Assembly (NCBI RefSeq): GCF_048593235.1
Contig: NC_133622.1
Span: 248,810,055-248,874,054 of the forward strand
Length of the DNA: 64,000 bases
Direction: 5' to 3'
From: Sminthopsis crassicaudata
Lineage: Eukaryota
The stretch's first letter is position 1, and each line of letters starts with the position of its first letter. Shown here piece by piece: positions 59,801-64,000 of the stretch. The translations under genes were made by a program, and so were the position numbers. Under the pieces are notes generated by a model that saw only the letters and a program-made list of their open reading frames with translations, did not search any database and had not been told where the DNA came from.

Positions 59801-62757
59801 CCAGCAGGCAAAGGGGAAGATGGGGCAGTTCTGACTGCGGACGATCTGGGGATCTGCTTCGTTTGAGGGAGAGCAGTATAGATGGGAATCCTTTCCTATG
59901 AGGGCAAGCACAGAGTGGGACAGGGAATGACCTGGGGGCCGGTGACAAACAGCTTGCAGGCACCTGAGGCTAGTACCTCACAGAGGAGGCATCCTGAGTA
60001 AAGGGGGTTCAGGTTAGGAGGCCATGGGAAGCCGGAGCATGCTGGCTCCTAGTGCCACCCTGCCTTTGCCCCCCAGTCGTTTCTCCCCCCCCAGTCGTTT
60101 CTCCCCCCCCAGTCGTTTCTCCCCCCCCAGTCGTTTCTCCCCCCCCAGTCGTTTCTCCCCCCCCCAGTCGTTTCTCCCCCCCCCAGTCGTTTCTCCCCCC
60201 CCCAGTCGTTTCTCCCCCCCCCAGTCGTTTCTCCCCCTCCCAGTCGTTTCTCCCCCCCCCCATGAGCTCACATGCTGTACCCAACTTTGTGGCTACAGAG
60301 CTCCCCCCCAGCCCTGTGTGGCCCTGGCCGCACGTCGGACCTCCAGGCCATCCTCAGCACCATAAGCCAGGCTCGCAAGTTCATCAAGGTCTCTGTCATG
60401 GATCTGATGCCTCAGTGCATGTTTTGCCAGCCCAAGAGGTGAGGAGACCCGGGCCTGGAGCCGCCCTTTTCACGCCGGCCTCCCTGGCCCGAGATCTTAG
60501 TCTGTCCTGAACCTGCTGTTCCTGCAGCTCCTGGGCCTCTGCCCTGTCATTGCTCCTCTGCCACCCCCGGAAAGCAGGCCTTTGTGCCTTTGTCCTTGGA
60601 GTGGGAGGGTCTGGGAGCTCCTGGTCTCGAGGGCTTCTCCCGAGCCCTCCAGCGACGTCCCCCGTGCCCCTCCCAGGTTCTGGCCAGAGCTGGACTCGGC
60701 CCTGCGGGCCGCGGCCTGTGACCGGCGGCTTCCTATCCAGCTGCTGATCAGCTGCTGGCGTCAGTCGGATCCAAATATGTTCATCTTTCTGGAGTCCCTG
60801 AACATCCTGGCCCAGCCGCCTCTGTCCTGCCCTCTCCGTGTGGTGAGTTTCCTTTACAGAAGCACTTTGTAGCCTTGTCAGCCCCCCCCCCCCCAACCCT
60901 GGGAGGAAGGGGCTCACTTAGCTAGTAAATGAGTTTCAAGGCCGGGCAGTCCAATAAACGCTTCTAAATGCCCACCGTGTCCCGGGCTGGGAAGCTCCGG
61001 GGCTCTGCAGTCGGCAAAGGGCCAGGCCTAGAGTCAGGAAGACTCCCCTTCTGAATTCCAATGCAGCCTCGGACACCCTGTCTGTCTTAGTTTCCCCATC
61101 GGTCGAATGAGCTGGAAAAGGAAATGGCAAATCACCCCAGAATCTCTGCCAAGAAAACCCCATGGGGGGAGTCACAGGGAGATTTGGGCCAGACTGAAAA
61201 CAATGAACTGCACGTCTTGGGCCCTGTGCTAAGCACTGGGGATACAAGAGGCAAAGGCAGCCGCTGCCTCAGGGAGGTTACGGTGGGGCTGGGGAAGAGA
61301 ACGGGTGAAGGGCCACTTGTTCTCCTTCTGGCGACCGAGGCACAGAGCGGGGGTAACCCCTCGGGCTGCATCTGCACTCCGGCCAAATGAATTCCTAGTT
61401 GTCTCCTTCTGCATATTCGGTCCACGGTCTCCTTCATCTTCAGACTTTTGGTTTCTCTCGGCACTGATCACAGGTCTAAAGCTACTCTGAGTTTCAACCA
61501 GCATCTATTAAGCACCTACTATTTGTGGTGTAGGAACCCAGAACATAAAACTCTGGGAAAGTGGCCTCGGTTTTAAGGGGAGAGGGGACGGGGAGCAATT
61601 ACAGGGGTGCCGTCGCCTCTTCCGGCCCCAGGAAGCCCTCCGTGGCCAAGGGGCCGCTCCGATCTGAATCGGGAATGGATTTTGATAATGGGTGTGCCCG
61701 GCACTGGACACCCCCCCCCCCCAAAGATGGAAAGCCCTCTCTAGGCTCCTTCAGAAGGCGGGTGCCAGCTTAATAGGGAGGGCTCAGAGGCGCTTCGGAG
61801 CTCCCTTTTACAACGGGGTCTCCAGAAACAGCTGTCTGTTATATCGGCTGAAAACCCAGGGCTGTGCCAAGAGTGATCAAGGAGCAGTGCCAGCCGGGCA
61901 GCAGGGTGGTACAGTGGTCAGAGCACCAGCCCAAAGTTGGTCTTGGGCACTTCACATTTCCTGGCTGTGGGACCCTGGGGAAGTCACTTATGGGCAGTGC
62001 CAGCCTGGAGGGAGTTTCCTCTCTATTAGAGGAACTCCACAGAGCAAATATAAGGGGATTTCATGGTGGAGGCACGAGCGCCGAGGGGAAGGAGTGATGG
62101 AACAGCCGGTCCACGAGCATTTATTAAGCGCCGACTGTGTGCAGACTTTGTGAGAGGGCGGCCGGTGGAGAGTCTGGAAAACCTGACATGAGGCCCTTCC
62201 TTGGCGGACTCCCTGGGGCCATTTCTTCAGCGGCAGATGACGGTCCCGTGGGTCCTCCAGAAAACCAGAGTGTGTGCACTAACAACCCCCCCCCCCCCCC
62301 CCACAGAAGCTGTTCTCGGTGCCCGTGAGCCGGGACCAAAGGCAGATCCCGTTTGCCCGGATGAATCACAACAAGTTCATGGTCACTGACCAGGCTGCCT
62401 ACATCGGTGAGTGGGCCGGGCTCTGGGCTCCTGGGGGGTTCTTGGGCGGGCAGGGGCCGCGCCTCCAGAGCCAGCCCCGCCGGACGTGCCCCCGCCGCCC
62501 CGGGCCTGCTGGGGTCTGCGGGAAGCGCTCGCCGTCAGCCTCCTCTCGTCCCCCCAGGAACCTCCAACTGGTCCCACGACTACTTCCTTCGCACCACGGG
62601 CGTGGCGCTGGTGATCGCGCGGCCCCCAGGAGCCCAGATGCTGCCGGTGCAGCGGGAGCTTCAGGCGGTCTTTGAGCGAGACTGGGCCTCTCCCTACGCC
62701 CTGCCCCTGAGCCCGCGCCCCCCCTGCGCTGCCCCGGGCCCGGAGGGGACCAGCTAG
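50881..62757 (+). CDS. PLD3/PLD4/PLD5-family phospholipase D / 5'-3' exonuclease-like type II membrane protein, ~484 aa, 10 coding exons
   Basis: Exons 50881-50952 (inferred first coding exon), 55041-55189 (TM), 56234-56417, 57916-58030, 58116-58243 (HSKFWVVD...GSAN), 58326-58526, 60299-60438, 60677-60842, 62307-62406 (HNKFMVTD), 62558-62757 (GTSNWS...RDWASPY); all GT-AG, phases concordant, 1455 nt, no internal stop; AATAAA at 62889-62894. Confidence 0.93.
51090..51180 (+). mobile_element. MIR3-like SINE fragment
   Basis: ctcatctgtagaatgaaggg...aaggtcccttccagttctaaatccatg. Confidence 0.6.
51700..52035 (+). mobile_element. Betaretrovirus-like ERV pro-pol junction fragment
   Basis: IPINLWERDTLKRLG at 51791-51835 (protease C-terminal NLWGRD motif) and WVEQRPLASDRIQALLDIVQEQLNQGHLQPSLSPWDSP from ~51919 (RT N-terminus); no LTR seen. 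Confidence 0.8.
53985..54500 (-). mobile_element. LINE2 remnant
   Basis: Purine-rich L2-like text (ctttgatcctggagacagtagggagtctctgg); contains a 17-bp tandem duplication at 54040-54073. Confidence 0.55.
55380..55560 (-). mobile_element. L2 end / MIR fragment
   Basis: aagcacctgctgtgtggcaggcattgtg...cccattttatagccgaggacactgagg...gctgtgcccagc. Confidence 0.6.
60068..60260. repeat. 18-19-bp C-rich minisatellite, 10 copies, ending ~40 nt upstream of a PLD-like acceptor
   Basis: (cagtcgtttctc(7-9)) x10; agtcg at 60075, 60093, 60111, 60129, 60147, 60166, 60185, 60204, 60223, 60242. Confidence 0.97.
61060..61210 (+). mobile_element. MAR1/MIR 3' fragment
   Basis: gagctggaaaaggaaatggcaaatcaccccagaatctctgccaagaaaacccc. 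Confidence 0.75.
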
Positions 62758-63379
62758 TTGGGGATCGAGCCTCGGGGACTGGCCGGACTCGTTTTAGCGC
62801 CCCGGCCAGCCTGGAACTGGGGGGAGGGAGGGGCCGGTCCCTCCCTCGGGACCCTCCCCTGCCAAGCGGGGAAAGCCACAGATACCGCAATAAAGATGCC
62901 CGCGGCCAGGCGGATGCGGAGCAGTGGGGGCTCCCGGCCGGCTCCGGGGGGAGCACAGAGGGAAAGGGGAGGAGGGGGAGGAGAGACCGGCGGTGAGACC
63001 GAAGCCCTCGGGGCCGCCCTCCCCGGGGGCACTCGGCCGGGAGCCGGGGAGAAGTCGGGCAGACCGAGCCAGGTGCAAACGCAGAGACTTGGGCTTGGCC
63101 AATAATGAAAACTCTTGTGACTGAAGTTTGGTGTTTTCTTCTCCTGGGGGGGGACAGACGGAAAACGAGGAGTCCCGGGAGACTAGCTGCCTGAGGAGTT
63201 TGTAGGTGTAATCCCAAAGGAGTAGGGAGGCGTGGGAGTAGTTAGAACCGGCATCTGGCCCTGGGATTGGAGGACTGGCCGGAGCACGTGCCCCGCCCAC
63301 TGGCGGGTTTCTTTAGGCCCCACAGAAGTCCACACACCCACCCAAAATAATCCTGCACGTGCACAGGGGAGGGGGCTGG

Positions 63380-63815
63380 GGCTAGGAGCTAGGGCGGGCT
63401 ATGTAAAATGAACCAATCAGCAGCCGCGAAGAGAAGCCCGGGAGAGTCCAGATTGGCCGTTTAAGCCCTGCGCCGTAGCCCCGCCTTAGGAGGCGGGCTG
63501 GAGGGGGCCGGATTGACATAGTAGCCAATGGGCTGCAGCAGAGTGGGCGGGAGGCGAGGATAGGGGGCGGAGTCACCCTGAAGAGACCCTCCATTGCGTG
63601 AGGGTGGGACCAGCGCTAGTCGCCTGGAGATATCCTTTAGCCAATCAGGTGACCCAAAAGTAAGAAAAGTAGTGAGGTGGTTGTGGGCGGAGCCAGGAGG
63701 GGCGGGCACGTTGTGGAGGAGGGTCTCATTACACCGGAAGCTCGGGTGCTTCCGGTAGGTCCAGCGGATTCCGGGCTGTGGAGTTAATTCTTCCCGCCCT
63801 CCGGTCCCAGAGACG
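63380..63815 (+). promoter_or_regulatory. POLR2G promoter (CCAAT boxes, GC boxes, inverted ETS pair)
   Basis: CCAAT near 63413, 63527, 63641; ACCGGAAGC at 63733-63741 and GCTTCCGGT at 63748-63756. Confidence 0.75.

Positions 63816-64000
<185 letters not shown>

Noticed and set aside
50881-62757. Calling the PLD-like gene PLD3 or PLD4, or a pseudogene
   Set aside because: Wrong synteny and a divergent sequence (HKD in motif 2, different N-terminus) for either symbol; an intact frame, splice sites and catalytic residues argue against a pseudogene

Overview
Mammalian genomic DNA, most likely an Australian marsupial (inferred from CORE-SINE/WSINE-type and marsupial L1 repeats), syntenic to human 11q12.3. 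Genes rebuilt by hand from splice sites, in order: UQCC3 (last exon, +), UBXN1 (-), LRRN4CL (-), BSCL2/seipin (-), GNG3 (+), HNRNPUL2 (-, start codon in an N gap), TTC9C (+), ZBTB3 (-), an intact ~484-aa PLD3/PLD4/PLD5-family gene (+, 10 coding exons, 50881-62757), and the 5' end of POLR2G (+). Main result: to my knowledge ZBTB3 and POLR2G are adjacent in human with no PLD gene between them. The gene here has PLD3-like exon sizes and phases, a type II membrane anchor and two complete HxKxxxxD motifs, so it looks like a catalytically competent fourth 2R ohnologue of the lysosomal 5' exonuclease family (possibly the orthologue of fish pld7), lost at this locus in human. Secondary observations: three minisatellites (one SINE-seeded, one forming ten decoy splice acceptors), no open long N-terminus for seipin (uORFs instead), convergent overlapping poly(A) signals for GNG3 and a minus-strand transcript, candidate poison exons in TTC9C and HNRNPUL2, a UBXN1 intron-retention isoform, and a betaretroviral pro-pol fragment. 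Comparisons to human proteins are from memory and need confirmation by alignment. Two N gaps: 10484-10624 and 35873-36047.
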